This document shows, piece after piece, positions 18,258 through 28,888 of a stretch of DNA of 64,000 nt. The position numbers were made by a program, and so were the translations under genes. The DNA lies in assembly GCA_002010665.1 (NCBI GenBank), contig MTON01000032.1:800-64799 (forward strand). Direction: 5' to 3'. The stretch's first letter is position 1, and every line of letters starts with the position of its first letter. This stretch comes from Candidatus Aminicenantes bacterium JdFR-78. GTDB taxonomy: Bacteria; Acidobacteriota; Aminicenantia; JdFR-78. The notes below the pieces were generated by a model. That model was not told the DNA's origin, did no database searches, and saw nothing but the letters and a program-made list of their open reading frames with translations.

Positions 18258-19376
18258 ATGAGAATAGGAATCATAAATGAAAGTGAAAAAATAGAAAATA
18301 GAGTCGCACTAATTCCTGCATCTGTTTCTGAATTAGTCCAGAAAGGACATATTGTCTATTTTCAGTCAAAAGCAGGTGAGAGGGCTGGCTATAGTGATGA
18401 AGACTATTTAGAAGCAGGAGGAAAAATTGTTTATACAAAAGAAGAAGTATTTGGAAGAGCTGAAATCATACACAATATTTCACCTTTAAATGATAAGGAA
18501 TGCGATTTAATAAAGGAAAATACTATTTTATTTGGATTTCATCATCTTGCAGTTGCAAGGAAAAAGAATATTGAAAAGCTTCTTAACAAAAAAGTTACTG
18601 TTATTGGGTATGAAATCATTAAAAATGAAGAAAATAGACTTCCATTTATAGAGGCTTTAAGTGAAGTCGCAGGCGAATTGTGCATTGTGATATCAGGTCA
18701 CTATCTCCAGACAAATTTTGGAGGAAGAGGAATAATTATAGGAGGTGTTACGAGTGTTCCTCCATCAACAGTTGTTGTGATTGGTGCTGGTGTACTTGGA
18801 AGAAGTGCTGCTCGAGCAGCATGGTGTGCTGGAGCCCATGTGATTGTGCTTGATGAGGATATGAACTTACTCAGAGAGATAGAGGAAATGACATCCCGTC
18901 AGGTAATTACTTTAATAGCCAATAGGTATAATATATCACGGATGGTAAAAGTAGCTGATATTCTGATAGGTGCTGTTCTAATTCCTGGAGAAAGAGCTCC
19001 AATTATGGTGACAAAAGAAATGGTAAAAACAATGAAAAAAGGTTCTGTTATAATAGACCTTTCAATTGACCAGGGAGGATGTGTTGAGACAAGCAGACCC
19101 ACTACATTAAGGGATCCGATTTTTATTGAAAACGGTATTATTCATTATTGTGTGCCAAATATAACTTCTGCAGTAAGTAGAACTTCTACAAGGGTTTTAT
19201 CAAATGTTTTGATGCCCTATCTTTTAAAAATAGCAGAGATAGGGCCTGAAAAAATCTTAAAAGAAGATGAAAGTTTAGCTGGGGGGGTTTATATGTACCG
19301 AGGAAAAATTGTAAAAAAGACTTTAGCAGAAAGATTTGGAATGGAATATTATGATTTGAATGAACTCCTCGGTTAA
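18258..19376 (+). CDS. ald: alanine dehydrogenase / PNT-family NAD(H)-dependent dehydrogenase
   Basis: The N-terminus is MRIGIINESEKIENRVALIPASVSELVQKGHIV, and the Rossmann motif is VIGAGVLGRSAARAAWCAGAHVIVLD. Confidence 0.6.
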   Translation: MRIGIINESEKIENRVALIPASVSELVQKGHIVYFQSKAGERAGYSDEDYLEAGGKIVYTKEEVFGRAEIIHNISPLNDKECDLIKENTILFGFHHLAVARKKNIEKLLNKKVTVIGYEIIKNEENRLPFIEALSEVAGELCIVISGHYLQTNFGGRGIIIGGVTSVPPSTVVVIGAGVLGRSAARAAWCAGAHVIVLDEDMNLLREIEEMTSRQVITLIANRYNISRMVKVADILIGAVLIPGERAPIMVTKEMVKTMKKGSVIIDLSIDQGGCVETSRPTTLRDPIFIENGIIHYCVPNITSAVSRTSTRVLSNVLMPYLLKIAEIGPEKILKEDESLAGGVYMYRGKIVKKTLAERFGMEYYDLNELLG

Positions 19377-21293
19377 ATGAGAGATTCTGAAGAATCTTCT
19401 TTTGGGGGTTTATTTTTGTTCTTTATGTGCATAATCTTAATCTCAATAATATTCCAGAATTTATATAAATTTTTTATAATCTCAAATAACTGGCAAAATC
19501 ATTTATTATTTAAATTGCTGATTTTCTCTCTTGCTTTAAACGGTATTTTACTTTGTTTTCTGTTTAAAAAATATATAGTCAGATATCTTTCCTCTCCACG
19601 ATTAAATTTAACATTACTCATAATGCTCGGAATTTCATTGATTTTGAGGCACTTTATTCCGCAGGGAGACAGCTTTAATTTATATAATTACAATTTGAGC
19701 GAAATTCAAAGTGTACTATTCCTGAACAATATTTTTAGAAGCTGGTGGTTTACCTCAATTCTTTTTCTTTTGTTTCTTTCATCAGTAATAACAATTTTTA
19801 TAAGAGGTAAATATCAAAGGAACAGAATAGCATTCTATTTGATCCACTTCGGTGTTTCATTTGTATTAATTGGAATATTTATTTTCTATTCACAAGGGTG
19901 GAAAGGTGAGTTGATATTAAATTCTGATAAAGAGGAGAATGAAATTAGAATTATATCCGGAAATAAAAAAGAAAAGAATTATCAATTAAATTATAAGATT
20001 AAGCTCCTTGATTATAAAATTGATTATTATCCAGAAGAATGGAGACTTAATCTTTATCAAAGAAATGATAGGACAGGAGATTATAAGATAATATCTTCTA
20101 TCGATCCCCATGAAAGAAAAACTTTTATCATTCCTGGCACAAACTGGAAATATCATATTGTTAATTACTACCCTGAGTTCAGGGCTGAGAAAAAAGTTGT
20201 TAAACTCTCCACTAATGAACCTGTAAATCCTGCCTTAAAAATTAGAATCATTTCAGATAAAGAGGAAAAAGAGGAATGGCTTTTAGCAAAAGAGAAAAAT
20301 ACATATTTAGACGAAGAAGATAAATTTCAAGTAACTTTTATATGGCAGTGGAATAAAGAAATTCAAAAAAGACTTACCTTCAGAGGTGAATCAGAAAAAC
20401 ATTTCTTAAGAATAAATATCAGGAATAGGGAAAAAATAATCTCTGTTCAAGTTGGGAAAAAATACAGGTGGAGAAATTTTTCTTTTAGTATTTTAAAATT
20501 CCTCCCACACTTTCGTTATGATTTAAAAACCAAATCTCCTTATTCTGTTTCTGATAAGCCTGAAAATCCAGCTCTACTTATAAAGGTTGAAAAAATTTTC
20601 CCAAAGGAGAAAGGTATTCTTATCTGGCTTTTTTCTCGACTTCATAGATTTGAATCAACTTCTCTTTTCAATAATGAATTAAAACTTGAATATTCGTATG
20701 TTCGACCTAAAATAGGGGTGAATCAACATATTGTAATAACTGGAGAGGATAAAACAATAAGATTTATTCAAAGAAGAAGTTTTTTCATTATTCCTTTTGA
20801 ATTTGGAATTAGATATAGAATAAATAAGAAAGATATACAAATTCTTGAAATGCATCCTGCTGTAGATACAAAGATTGAATTTATGAGTGTCTCTGATTTA
20901 CCGAAAAATCCAGCAATATATCTAGTTTTGGGTTCTCCTCGTAGGGAAATTCCATTTTTAAAGGAGAAAGGAGATGAGCCAATAGTTCTTGAGGGCGGGA
21001 AATACATATTAAATTTTGAAAATGATAGAAAGGTCATAAAAAATATAAAATCAAATTTAAAAATAAGATTTTCGAATGGCGTGGAAAAGAGATACTGGAT
21101 TGACAGAAACCATCCAGTTAAAATTGGAAAAATCTATTTTCTTCAGGATAAAATTTTTGAGTCCGAGAAAATCATGTCAAAAATTCATGTTTTTTATAAA
21201 CCTGGAATAGAAATTTTTTATACAGGGTTCTTGCTTTGTTTAATTGGTCTTTTGATTCAATTATTCGGACGGCGTGAGGGAGAGGAGAAATGA
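19377..21293 (+). CDS. ResB/CcsB-like membrane protein
   Basis: N-terminal TMs carry ...LTLLIMLGISLILRHFIPQ. A large extracytoplasmic domain has repeated P(E/K/V)NPA(L/I) motifs. The C-terminus ...RNHPVKIGKIYFLQ...YKPGIEIFYTGFLLCLIGLL resembles the ResB family. The start abuts the ald stop. Confidence 0.5.
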   Translation: MRDSEESSFGGLFLFFMCIILISIIFQNLYKFFIISNNWQNHLLFKLLIFSLALNGILLCFLFKKYIVRYLSSPRLNLTLLIMLGISLILRHFIPQGDSFNLYNYNLSEIQSVLFLNNIFRSWWFTSILFLLFLSSVITIFIRGKYQRNRIAFYLIHFGVSFVLIGIFIFYSQGWKGELILNSDKEENEIRIISGNKKEKNYQLNYKIKLLDYKIDYYPEEWRLNLYQRNDRTGDYKIISSIDPHERKTFIIPGTNWKYHIVNYYPEFRAEKKVVKLSTNEPVNPALKIRIISDKEEKEEWLLAKEKNTYLDEEDKFQVTFIWQWNKEIQKRLTFRGESEKHFLRINIRNREKIISVQVGKKYRWRNFSFSILKFLPHFRYDLKTKSPYSVSDKPENPALLIKVEKIFPKEKGILIWLFSRLHRFESTSLFNNELKLEYSYVRPKIGVNQHIVITGEDKTIRFIQRRSFFIIPFEFGIRYRINKKDIQILEMHPAVDTKIEFMSVSDLPKNPAIYLVLGSPRREIPFLKEKGDEPIVLEGGKYILNFENDRKVIKNIKSNLKIRFSNGVEKRYWIDRNHPVKIGKIYFLQDKIFESEKIMSKIHVFYKPGIEIFYTGFLLCLIGLLIQLFGRREGEEK

Positions 21294-22051
21294 TCTGGTT
21301 TTTTATTGTTCAGGCGAATATTTTCTTTAAATTAACAATTCTCTTTTACTTAATTTCATTTTGTGCATATTTATATTTCGCTATATCCAGAAAGCACAAA
21401 TATCTTCCTACTTTCCTTTTGTTATTAGCTTGGATTTTTAATGCACTTTTAATAGCATATTATGGGATTATTTATAAATCTTTTCCTGCATTTACCCTGC
21501 ATCAAAAAATAATCTTATTTACATTAATAACAATTTTCATTTATTTAATTTTAGAAAATCTTATAAGATTTAGACTCCTCGGAATTGTTTTTTCTTTGTC
21601 TTCAATTTTTCTGCTTCTTTTTTCCTTGAATTTCTATGATGCAAAAATCTTCCCTCCTTTCTGGGAAGAAATTTTATGTTCTGCTTTTGAAATTTTTAGT
21701 TTTAGTTTTCTTTTTGTCTCTTTTTTCTTCTCTCTTTTATATTTATTTTTTCCTGAAACAAGAGAGCTTCGAGGGCACTGGATAAGCCTGAGAAATGTAA
21801 ATTTTACATTATATGTCAATCGATTCGTGAATATTTCATTAATTGTGCTTTTTCTGACCATATTTTTGAATTTGCTTTTTATCGAGAATACACTATGGAA
21901 ATTGACTTTGAAAAATGAAATTTTCTTGCTTTTTACTATCTTATATATGTTTTCGTTTCATTTGAGAAAATTTGAGAGATGGCGCGGAAAAAGACTTGCT
22001 TGGGCTATAGTAATCGGTTCTCTGATTATAATCGGATTAAATTTTGTATAA
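21290..22051 (+). CDS. polytopic membrane protein, a possible CcsA-like partner that lacks a WWD motif
   Basis: It is 253 aa with about 8 predicted TMs. It is translationally coupled by an ATGA overlap to the ResB-like gene. No W-rich WWD signature is visible. Confidence 0.35.
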   Translation: MIWFFIVQANIFFKLTILFYLISFCAYLYFAISRKHKYLPTFLLLLAWIFNALLIAYYGIIYKSFPAFTLHQKIILFTLITIFIYLILENLIRFRLLGIVFSLSSIFLLLFSLNFYDAKIFPPFWEEILCSAFEIFSFSFLFVSFFFSLLYLFFPETRELRGHWISLRNVNFTLYVNRFVNISLIVLFLTIFLNLLFIENTLWKLTLKNEIFLLFTILYMFSFHLRKFERWRGKRLAWAIVIGSLIIIGLNFV

Positions 22052-22094
22052 TTTTATTTCTGTTTTTAGTATAATAAATTCAGAAACTTAGAAT

Positions 22095-22688
22095 ATGAAA
22101 AAAATTATTAATCTTCCAGAGCCTCATTTTAAGAGCTCGATTTCAGTGGAGGAAGCTCTCCTTAAAAGGCGTTCAATTAGAAGTTATAAGAATGAAAGTT
22201 TAAGTCTAGAAGAAGTATCCCAACTTCTCTGGTCAGCTCAGGGAGAAACAACTTCATGGGGGGAGAGGACAGCACCTTCTGCTGGAGCGACCTATCCTCT
22301 TGAAATCTACTTAGTTGCTGGCGATGTTGAAGGACTTGATTCAGGGCTTTATCACTATAATCCTTCAAATCACAGTTTAATACTTGTAAAGGAAGGCGAC
22401 TTGCGTCGTGAATTAGCTCATGCAGCTTTGGATCAGTATATGATTGCTCGTGCTCCTATAACAATTGTTATATGTGCTGAATTTAAAAGAACTACTGGAA
22501 GATATGGAGAAAGGGGAATCCGTTATGTTTTAATGGAAGTAGGACATGTAGGACAAAATATTCATCTTCAAGCTGAAGCTCTTAATTTGGGAACAGTTGT
22601 AATTGGAGCTTTTTATGATGAAGATGTGAAGGAAATCTTAGGCGTGAAAGAAGAACCTCTCTATCTCATGCCCGTCGGGAAAAAATAA
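22095..22688 (+). CDS. SagB-type dehydrogenase / nitroreductase-family protein
   Basis: Sequence includes SIRSYKNESLSLEEVSQLLWSAQG...SAGATYPLEIYLV... Confidence 0.55.
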   Translation: MKKIINLPEPHFKSSISVEEALLKRRSIRSYKNESLSLEEVSQLLWSAQGETTSWGERTAPSAGATYPLEIYLVAGDVEGLDSGLYHYNPSNHSLILVKEGDLRRELAHAALDQYMIARAPITIVICAEFKRTTGRYGERGIRYVLMEVGHVGQNIHLQAEALNLGTVVIGAFYDEDVKEILGVKEEPLYLMPVGKK

Positions 22689-22767
22689 GATTAAAAGTTT
22701 AAATTTCAAAGTCCAAATGACAAAAGTTTATAAAAAGTAAATAAAAGTTGGTGTTTGGATTTGCTTT

Positions 22768-23382
22768 TTAAGCTTGTTCAGCTCTTTTCCAGAGTTTAAG
22801 AATGTTTAAGGCAAAATTCATGATAAAAATATAGATAATGATAATTCCTGAGAAAATAGTTACTAGATTAAAAGGTGCAAAAATTAAAATTAGAATAAGA
22901 AGGGAAGGAAGGGCTATTATTCCAAGTATTTCTTTTCTCCTTGTAATGAAATAAACTAGAAAAATAAAAACAAGATAAAGTAAAAATACATAATAAGGAA
23001 GCCATTTATTACTCATTAAAACATAAAAATAATAGAAAAGAATTCCCATTCCTGTTGCAATCCCCTTGCCTCCTCTAAAGGAAAGATAAAAAGGAAAAAC
23101 ATGTCCTGCAATAGCAGATAAACCTGCTAAATGGATAAAGAGATTACTTGCTCCAAGTTTATAAGCGAGATACATTGAAATTAAACCTTTTGACATATCC
23201 GCAAGAGCAACCACAATAGCTGGCTTCAAACCGAGCACATAATAGACATTTGTACCTCCAGCATTTCCATCACCATGTTCCCGTATATCAATTCCTTTGA
23301 GTAATTTACCAAGAAAGTATGACGGAGAAAATGAACCTATTAAATAACCAATTAAAAGACTGATTAAATTTACAAAACTCAT
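22768..23382 (-). CDS. plsY: glycerol-3-phosphate acyltransferase PlsY
   Basis: Sequence includes YLIGSFSPSYFLGKL...HGDGNAGGTNVYYVLG. Confidence 0.85.
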   Translation of the reverse strand: MSFVNLISLLIGYLIGSFSPSYFLGKLLKGIDIREHGDGNAGGTNVYYVLGLKPAIVVALADMSKGLISMYLAYKLGASNLFIHLAGLSAIAGHVFPFYLSFRGGKGIATGMGILFYYFYVLMSNKWLPYYVFLLYLVFIFLVYFITRRKEILGIIALPSLLILILIFAPFNLVTIFSGIIIIYIFIMNFALNILKLWKRAEQA

Positions 23383-23474
23383 CTCAATTCCTTAATCAAA
23401 TTATCCTAAATAGCTTTCAAAGTCAATAATATTAAGTTGAATACTTTTAAAAAATAAAATAATATTGAATAATA

Positions 23475-24185
23475 TTGAAACTAATGGATAATAAAGCCCG
23501 AAAGATCCGGATACTTTTTGATTCTATTTCTGATAAATATGATTTTCTTAATCATACATTAAGTTTTTTTCAAGATATTTATTGGAGGAAAAAGACTGCT
23601 CGAATTTTAAAAAGAAAATTTCTTAATCATAAATCTAAAATTAAAATACTTGATCTATCAACTGGAACAGGAGATATGATGAAGGCTTTAAAAAGAGAAT
23701 TTTCAAAAAATGCTGAAATTTATGGTCTTGATTTTTCAGAGTCCATGCTTGAAATAGCGAGAAAGAAGTTGAATAAACTCTTTTTAATTCAAGGAGACGC
23801 GAACAAGCTTCCTTTTTACTCAGACACTTTTGATATTGTTGTTACAGCTTTTGGTATTAGAAATTTTATTAATTTTGAAAAAATATTAGAAGAAATAATT
23901 AGAGTAACCAAAAGGAGAGGGAAGATAGTATTTCTTGAATTTTCGAAACCAACCAATTATTTTTTCAGAAAAATTTATTATTTCTATCTTTCCCGAATAG
24001 TTCCTCAAATAGGTAGACTTATTGCAAAAAATTATGGAGCTTATTATTATCTATATTCTTCAATCTGGAATTTCCATTCAAAGGAGAGAGTAATATCATT
24101 ACTTTCCAATGCAGGGTTGAAAAATATTGAAGTTTATTCATTCACTCAAGGAATTGTTAGCCTTTATATAGGGGAAAAGGAATGA
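23475..24185 (+). CDS. ubiE: demethylmenaquinone/ubiquinone C-methyltransferase (UbiE/MenG family)
   Basis: Sequence includes FDSISDKYDFLNHTLSFFQDIYWRKK...LDLSTGTGDM. Confidence 0.75.
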   Translation: MKLMDNKARKIRILFDSISDKYDFLNHTLSFFQDIYWRKKTARILKRKFLNHKSKIKILDLSTGTGDMMKALKREFSKNAEIYGLDFSESMLEIARKKLNKLFLIQGDANKLPFYSDTFDIVVTAFGIRNFINFEKILEEIIRVTKRRGKIVFLEFSKPTNYFFRKIYYFYLSRIVPQIGRLIAKNYGAYYYLYSSIWNFHSKERVISLLSNAGLKNIEVYSFTQGIVSLYIGEKE

Positions 24186-24907
24186 AGAAAACTAAAACTG
24201 ATTTGATGAGTTTGATTAGATCAAAAGATCCTAAGATTTTAGATGAAGTTCTGGAGCATCCAGATATAAAAGAAAATATCATAGTCCTTCTTCTCAGAAA
24301 TCCATATATTTCTTCTAGCACAATTATGAAAATCAGTGAAAATAAAGTTTGGATGCAGAGTCTTAGGATTCAGGCTGAAATAGTTAATAATCCAAAAACA
24401 CCTCAATCCCTTTCCTTGGAACTTTTACCAAATCTTCATTCAATGGATTTATTAAAAACAGCCAAGAACAATAGAATTTCGCCATTTATCAGAAGGAAAG
24501 CTGAAATAACACTTCTTGAAAAAATGAGAAAAATGCCCGTTGGAGAAAAAGTAAATATTGCAAGAAGGGCAACGATATATATGCTTAAAACTATTGCACA
24601 GGATAAAAATTTAAAAGTGTTGAAAGCACTCGCGGAGAATCCAGTATGCACTGAACAGATTATCTGTCAGGCTGTGAGCAGGGAAGATATTCCTCAGGAA
24701 TTTTTTGAATATCTTATGCAGCATTTTAAATGGAAAAACAGGTATTATATAAAATTGCTAATTGTGAAATCTCCCTGTTCTCCGATTAAATTAGTTTTAA
24801 AACTTCTGGATGACTTAAAGAAACATGATTTAATCGAACTAAGCAAAGACGAAAAACAACCCGATATAATTTTAAAGAGGATTAGGGAGATTTTGGAGAG
24901 TAGGTGA
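24182..24907 (+). CDS. hypothetical alpha-helical repeat protein
   Basis: It is translationally coupled (ATGA overlap) to the ubiE-like gene. I did not recognise a catalytic motif. Confidence 0.35.
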   Translation: MKKTKTDLMSLIRSKDPKILDEVLEHPDIKENIIVLLLRNPYISSSTIMKISENKVWMQSLRIQAEIVNNPKTPQSLSLELLPNLHSMDLLKTAKNNRISPFIRRKAEITLLEKMRKMPVGEKVNIARRATIYMLKTIAQDKNLKVLKALAENPVCTEQIICQAVSREDIPQEFFEYLMQHFKWKNRYYIKLLIVKSPCSPIKLVLKLLDDLKKHDLIELSKDEKQPDIILKRIREILESR

Positions 24908-25509
24908 GAAGAAAAAGCAAAAGGGGAGTTTCTATAAGTTAATATCTAAGTCGATTACTATTTAAGCATAGATCCTAATTTTTTACTACAAATACCAAAA
25001 AGTAGCCTTGATTAAAAAGAGATAATGTGATAATTTCTCAAAGAAATTTTAAATTTTTAAAGGAGAAGATGAGTAGGCTTCATAATAATTCCTTAAAAAA
25101 GTTTTTTAAATGTAAAAATAAATTTTCTCCTGAGTGTAAATTAAATAAAAATAAGCAATTTAAAACAGATCCTAAAATTAAAGTTCCTCTTATAAATAGC
25201 GAGTTTATTGAAGACGTGGAAAAATTTTGTCCTGAATGTCCTAATTTTAAATAATTATCTAAAACAATCAAATCATTTAAGTGAAGAGAAAAATAATATT
25301 AAGATTTTAGTTCTCATAAATTCATCTATAACTTTTTAATTTAAATCTTGCCATTTTTTCTTTTGATCAAGCTTTTTCAATGTAAGACTTAGATAAACAA
25401 CTCTTATGCAGTTTTTATTTTTGAATGAAAAAAATAATCGTAAGTGTCATATATCATATTTATTCCTAAATTTTTATCTAAGTAAGATACTAACCTAAGT
25501 CTATTTTAT

Positions 25510-26091
25510 TCACAGAAGTGATGTCTTGGACTTTTTAAATAATGTAATGAGCTTATTTTTTTCTTTTTCTAATTCTTGAAAACAAAAAATAGCTTTTTTC
25601 AATGCGTTTTCTCTAAGTTTATATTGTTTTTCATATGTATCTTTAATAGCCTGTTTAGGAATATCTACATTTTCTATGATGGTTCGAATTGAGCTGATAT
25701 CTCTTTTTATTTTAAAAATGGTATCATAAAAGCTAATGAGGGCTTTTTGAGTATTATTTTTAAATAAATAAATCTTATTCTTATAAGATTCGTAAATACT
25801 AGTTCCATATACACTCGGAGAAAGTAAAAACGCGCCAAGATAGAGTTTTTCCTTTTGAATATTTATTGGACTTTTAAGAAACTTGAAACTTCCCACATAC
25901 TCAAAGTCTTTTTCAATATCTTTACATATAACCTCTATTTCATTTTTGAATATCTCAGCACTCTTTTTTCTCACCCTCCCTTCTTTTATTCGTTCTAATA
26001 TATAACCGATAATGAGTCCCAATATCAAGCCAATTATTAAAAATAAAATACTCGAATTCATTGTTAATATTTTCCACAATTGTTTAATCAT
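25510..26091 (-). CDS. hypothetical N-terminally membrane-anchored protein
   Basis: It has a single N-terminal TM (ILFLIIGLILGLIIGYIL) followed by a Lys-rich soluble domain. Confidence 0.35.
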   Translation of the reverse strand: MIKQLWKILTMNSSILFLIIGLILGLIIGYILERIKEGRVRKKSAEIFKNEIEVICKDIEKDFEYVGSFKFLKSPINIQKEKLYLGAFLLSPSVYGTSIYESYKNKIYLFKNNTQKALISFYDTIFKIKRDISSIRTIIENVDIPKQAIKDTYEKQYKLRENALKKAIFCFQELEKEKNKLITLFKKSKTSLL

Positions 26092-26177
26092 ATTTATTTT
26101 TTGCTATTTTTTGCACTGTATTAAAGAATTTTTCAATATGCTTAATTTATTTATGCTTATTTTTTCATTAAAATTAT

Positions 26178-27800
26178 TTACTTTCCCTGTATTTTTACAA
26201 TAAAAGGCATAAGTAATTCAATTTGTCTTTCTAATGTTTTACCTTTTAATTGATTCTTTCTGTGTAATATCTCATCGCCTTCGGGAAGCATAGAAATTAA
26301 GTTATTCAAATAATCTGACTTTATTGCAAAGTTTACATTTTGAGGAATAATTCCTGTAACTTCATAGAAATATTTCGCATTTAATGCTGCTAAAACTATT
26401 CCTATAAGTTCCCCATTTTTATTAAAAAGAGGGCTGCCACTATTACCTGGTTGAACCGGATTACTGATTTGTATTAATCTAGGATCGTCTTGTATTCCAG
26501 AAAGAGAGTTAATTCTTCCGGTTGATACTTTCGCCGATTTACCGAGAATTTCACCTAATGGAAAGCCTAATGTAAAAACTTCTTGACCTAATTTCATTGA
26601 GCCTGAAGAAGTAATTTTGTAAGGAATATTTGTATTAAAAATTTTTGAAAAATTAAAATTAGCTAATCGAAGTATTGCAATGTCATTTGATGAGTCTTTT
26701 AGTACAAGTTTAGCTTCAAAAGTCCTATTAATTTGTGGAAATATTATTTTGATGTCAGATTTACCCTTAATGATATGATAATTAGTGACAACAAGTCCAG
26801 ATTTTGACAGCAAAAACCCTGTCCCTTCAGATGGATACATACTTTTAGAAGTTTCAGCTCTCATAAGTTTTGGATAGTTTTTAATAAACTTAGTTTCAAT
26901 AATTTCACCAGTTCTTATATTTTTTAATCCAATTCTTAATATTCCATTTTCATCTATAAATGCAGTTGTTTTTTGTTCAGAATGATCCGCCATATAATAT
27001 GTAACGGAATATACAGAATCATATGCAGTGAGTTGAAATTCAATTTTTACTTGTTTAGGTTGCCAATGAGGGATTTCTGATTCAATGATTATAGCGACAA
27101 AATCTCTTTCGTCTGATTTTTGGTCTTTTATGATTCCTATTTTATAATAGGTATCACTTGTATTAAAAGAAGACCAAATTCCTTCAATTGGATCAAGATT
27201 ATCTATATTTTTATTGTAATAATTTATTAACTGTTCTTTAGTAAGATCGATTTTTTCCCAATTAGCATATTGTCGTTTTATCTCTTCATTAGCTGCTTCT
27301 GCAAGACTGGGATCAAAGCTTTTATATCTTTCAACAAAGCCTTGAAATGCTCTATTAAGCGCTCCATTAAGATCATCCGATATAGTCATCCCCTGATATT
27401 TACCTATTCCATAATATATTTGGCGATTAAAAGCATCATAACAATCAATTATCACAGTGGCATAAGATCCCCCTAAGCCTCCAGCCACTGGAGAATGGAA
27501 ATGTTGTATTCTACAGTATAAAATTTGACTTAATTTGCTTTTTGGAAAATTTTTTGCTTCGGTCTCGCTCAGGACTTGTAGTCCTAGAGAACTAAACATC
27601 ATTGCAAGCTTACTTCCAATCCCATATTTATCAATTGTGCCATCGGGATAGACTGGAAGAGCTATATATACATATCCAAACCTATTAAGATTTGTACCTG
27701 GTCGAATGCGAGTATGCGTCGTGGAAACACAGCTAGATATTGTAAAAATGATAGAAAAGAGAACTAAAATCAAAAATTTTCTAGATATTTTTCTTCGCAT
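26178..27800 (-). CDS. trypsin-like serine protease (S1 family) lipoprotein
   Basis: The lipobox-like signal is ...FTISSC. The C-terminal protease domain has HIIKGKSDIKI...DIAILRL...GNSGSPLFNKNGELIGIV. Confidence 0.7.
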   Translation of the reverse strand: MRRKISRKFLILVLFSIIFTISSCVSTTHTRIRPGTNLNRFGYVYIALPVYPDGTIDKYGIGSKLAMMFSSLGLQVLSETEAKNFPKSKLSQILYCRIQHFHSPVAGGLGGSYATVIIDCYDAFNRQIYYGIGKYQGMTISDDLNGALNRAFQGFVERYKSFDPSLAEAANEEIKRQYANWEKIDLTKEQLINYYNKNIDNLDPIEGIWSSFNTSDTYYKIGIIKDQKSDERDFVAIIIESEIPHWQPKQVKIEFQLTAYDSVYSVTYYMADHSEQKTTAFIDENGILRIGLKNIRTGEIIETKFIKNYPKLMRAETSKSMYPSEGTGFLLSKSGLVVTNYHIIKGKSDIKIIFPQINRTFEAKLVLKDSSNDIAILRLANFNFSKIFNTNIPYKITSSGSMKLGQEVFTLGFPLGEILGKSAKVSTGRINSLSGIQDDPRLIQISNPVQPGNSGSPLFNKNGELIGIVLAALNAKYFYEVTGIIPQNVNFAIKSDYLNNLISMLPEGDEILHRKNQLKGKTLERQIELLMPFIVKIQGK

Positions 27801-28029
27801 TATTCATACCCCCTTCTTTTTGCTTAAATAATAAGAAAAACCTTTTCGTTTGTCAATTATTTAATTTAAAAATGAATCTCTACTTTAAAATTCTGTGTAG
27901 AGTGTGGTGTTTTGGACTTCTGGTTGAAAAATGTTTTCACTTTTTAACTTTCTGCAACATTTTAAGAAATTGTTTCACAACTGTAACATTTAATTTTTGA
28001 AAAGCAAGGAAAACTCATTAATTTTTCGA

Positions 28030-28827
28030 CTAATAGCCCCAAACTATTTTACTTAAAATTTTCTTTATGCCACTGCGTGGTTTTCTATAAGTTTTTCCGC
28101 CATAATATAAATCCATTAATCCTTTGGGTTTATATTCACCAGAAATCATTTTTTTAATACATTCAACTCTATTCTTATTTGCCTCGGGATTTGCCTGAAT
28201 ATTAAATGTTTTTGGAGCAATTATCATAGCAACTATTGATATGTACTCATCTCTGCTCAATTCAGAAACAGATTTTCCATAGTAATATTTTGCTGCATCA
28301 AAAAATCCGTAAACAGGTTTTCCATTAGCTTTTCCTAAATAAACCAAATTTATAAAAAGTTTAAGTTGCTCATTTTTAGACAATGATGGATTTAATGTAT
28401 ACCGTGCCAAAAGACACAACTTTATCTTATTTATTATTCCAGGTTTATAATGTTTAAAATATAGCATCTTAACTAATCCTTGAGTTATAGTTGTTAAACC
28501 AGCACCAGGAGTTTTAAAGTCTATACCTTTATGATTATAGAAATTTGGGTCTTCTACCATTAACAAAATTTTTATTTGTTCACTTGATAAGTCTTTTAAA
28601 TCTAATTTAATCTTTTTTGAATTTAAGGCATTTTGGATTATTTCAGGAGTTTGTTTCTTAGCTTTAATAATAATTGATCCAGTATAAAGAATAATACTGA
28701 TTCCAAGCAATAATATAATAGCAATAATTATTTTTATTAAAGATATTCGAATACTTTTCTTTGTATGCTTTTTCATATTTTTATTCTCCTTTCCTTTTAT
28801 CATATAAGAAAGGATGGATAATAACAA
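28030..28827 (-). CDS. monofunctional peptidoglycan transglycosylase (GT51) domain protein
   Basis: An N-terminal TM is followed by EDPNFYNHKGID and GAGLTTITQGLVK (GT51 motifs). Confidence 0.7.
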   Translation of the reverse strand: MLLSILSYMIKGKENKNMKKHTKKSIRISLIKIIIAIILLLGISIILYTGSIIIKAKKQTPEIIQNALNSKKIKLDLKDLSSEQIKILLMVEDPNFYNHKGIDFKTPGAGLTTITQGLVKMLYFKHYKPGIINKIKLCLLARYTLNPSLSKNEQLKLFINLVYLGKANGKPVYGFFDAAKYYYGKSVSELSRDEYISIVAMIIAPKTFNIQANPEANKNRVECIKKMISGEYKPKGLMDLYYGGKTYRKPRSGIKKILSKIVWGY

Positions 28828-28888
28828 GTTTATTTATTTTCTAATTTGGAAATTTGAAAAATTTGTAATTTATATTTGGAGGGAAGTA

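Noticed and set aside
22095-22688. A thiazole/oxazole-modified microcin (TOMM)-type RiPP cluster around the SagB-type dehydrogenase.
   Set aside because: No YcaO cyclodehydratase, E1-like partner or Cys/Ser/Thr-rich precursor is adjacent. The protein is a stand-alone nitroreductase-fold enzyme sitting after membrane protein genes.
27801-28029. Repeated words (gttttcac / tgtttcac / aacatttt) in the 229-bp gap between the transglycosylase and protease genes, as a possible regulatory array.
   Set aside because: The repeats are short (7-8 nt), imperfect and irregularly spaced. That is consistent with chance in roughly 25% GC intergenic DNA. There is no palindromic or phased structure.
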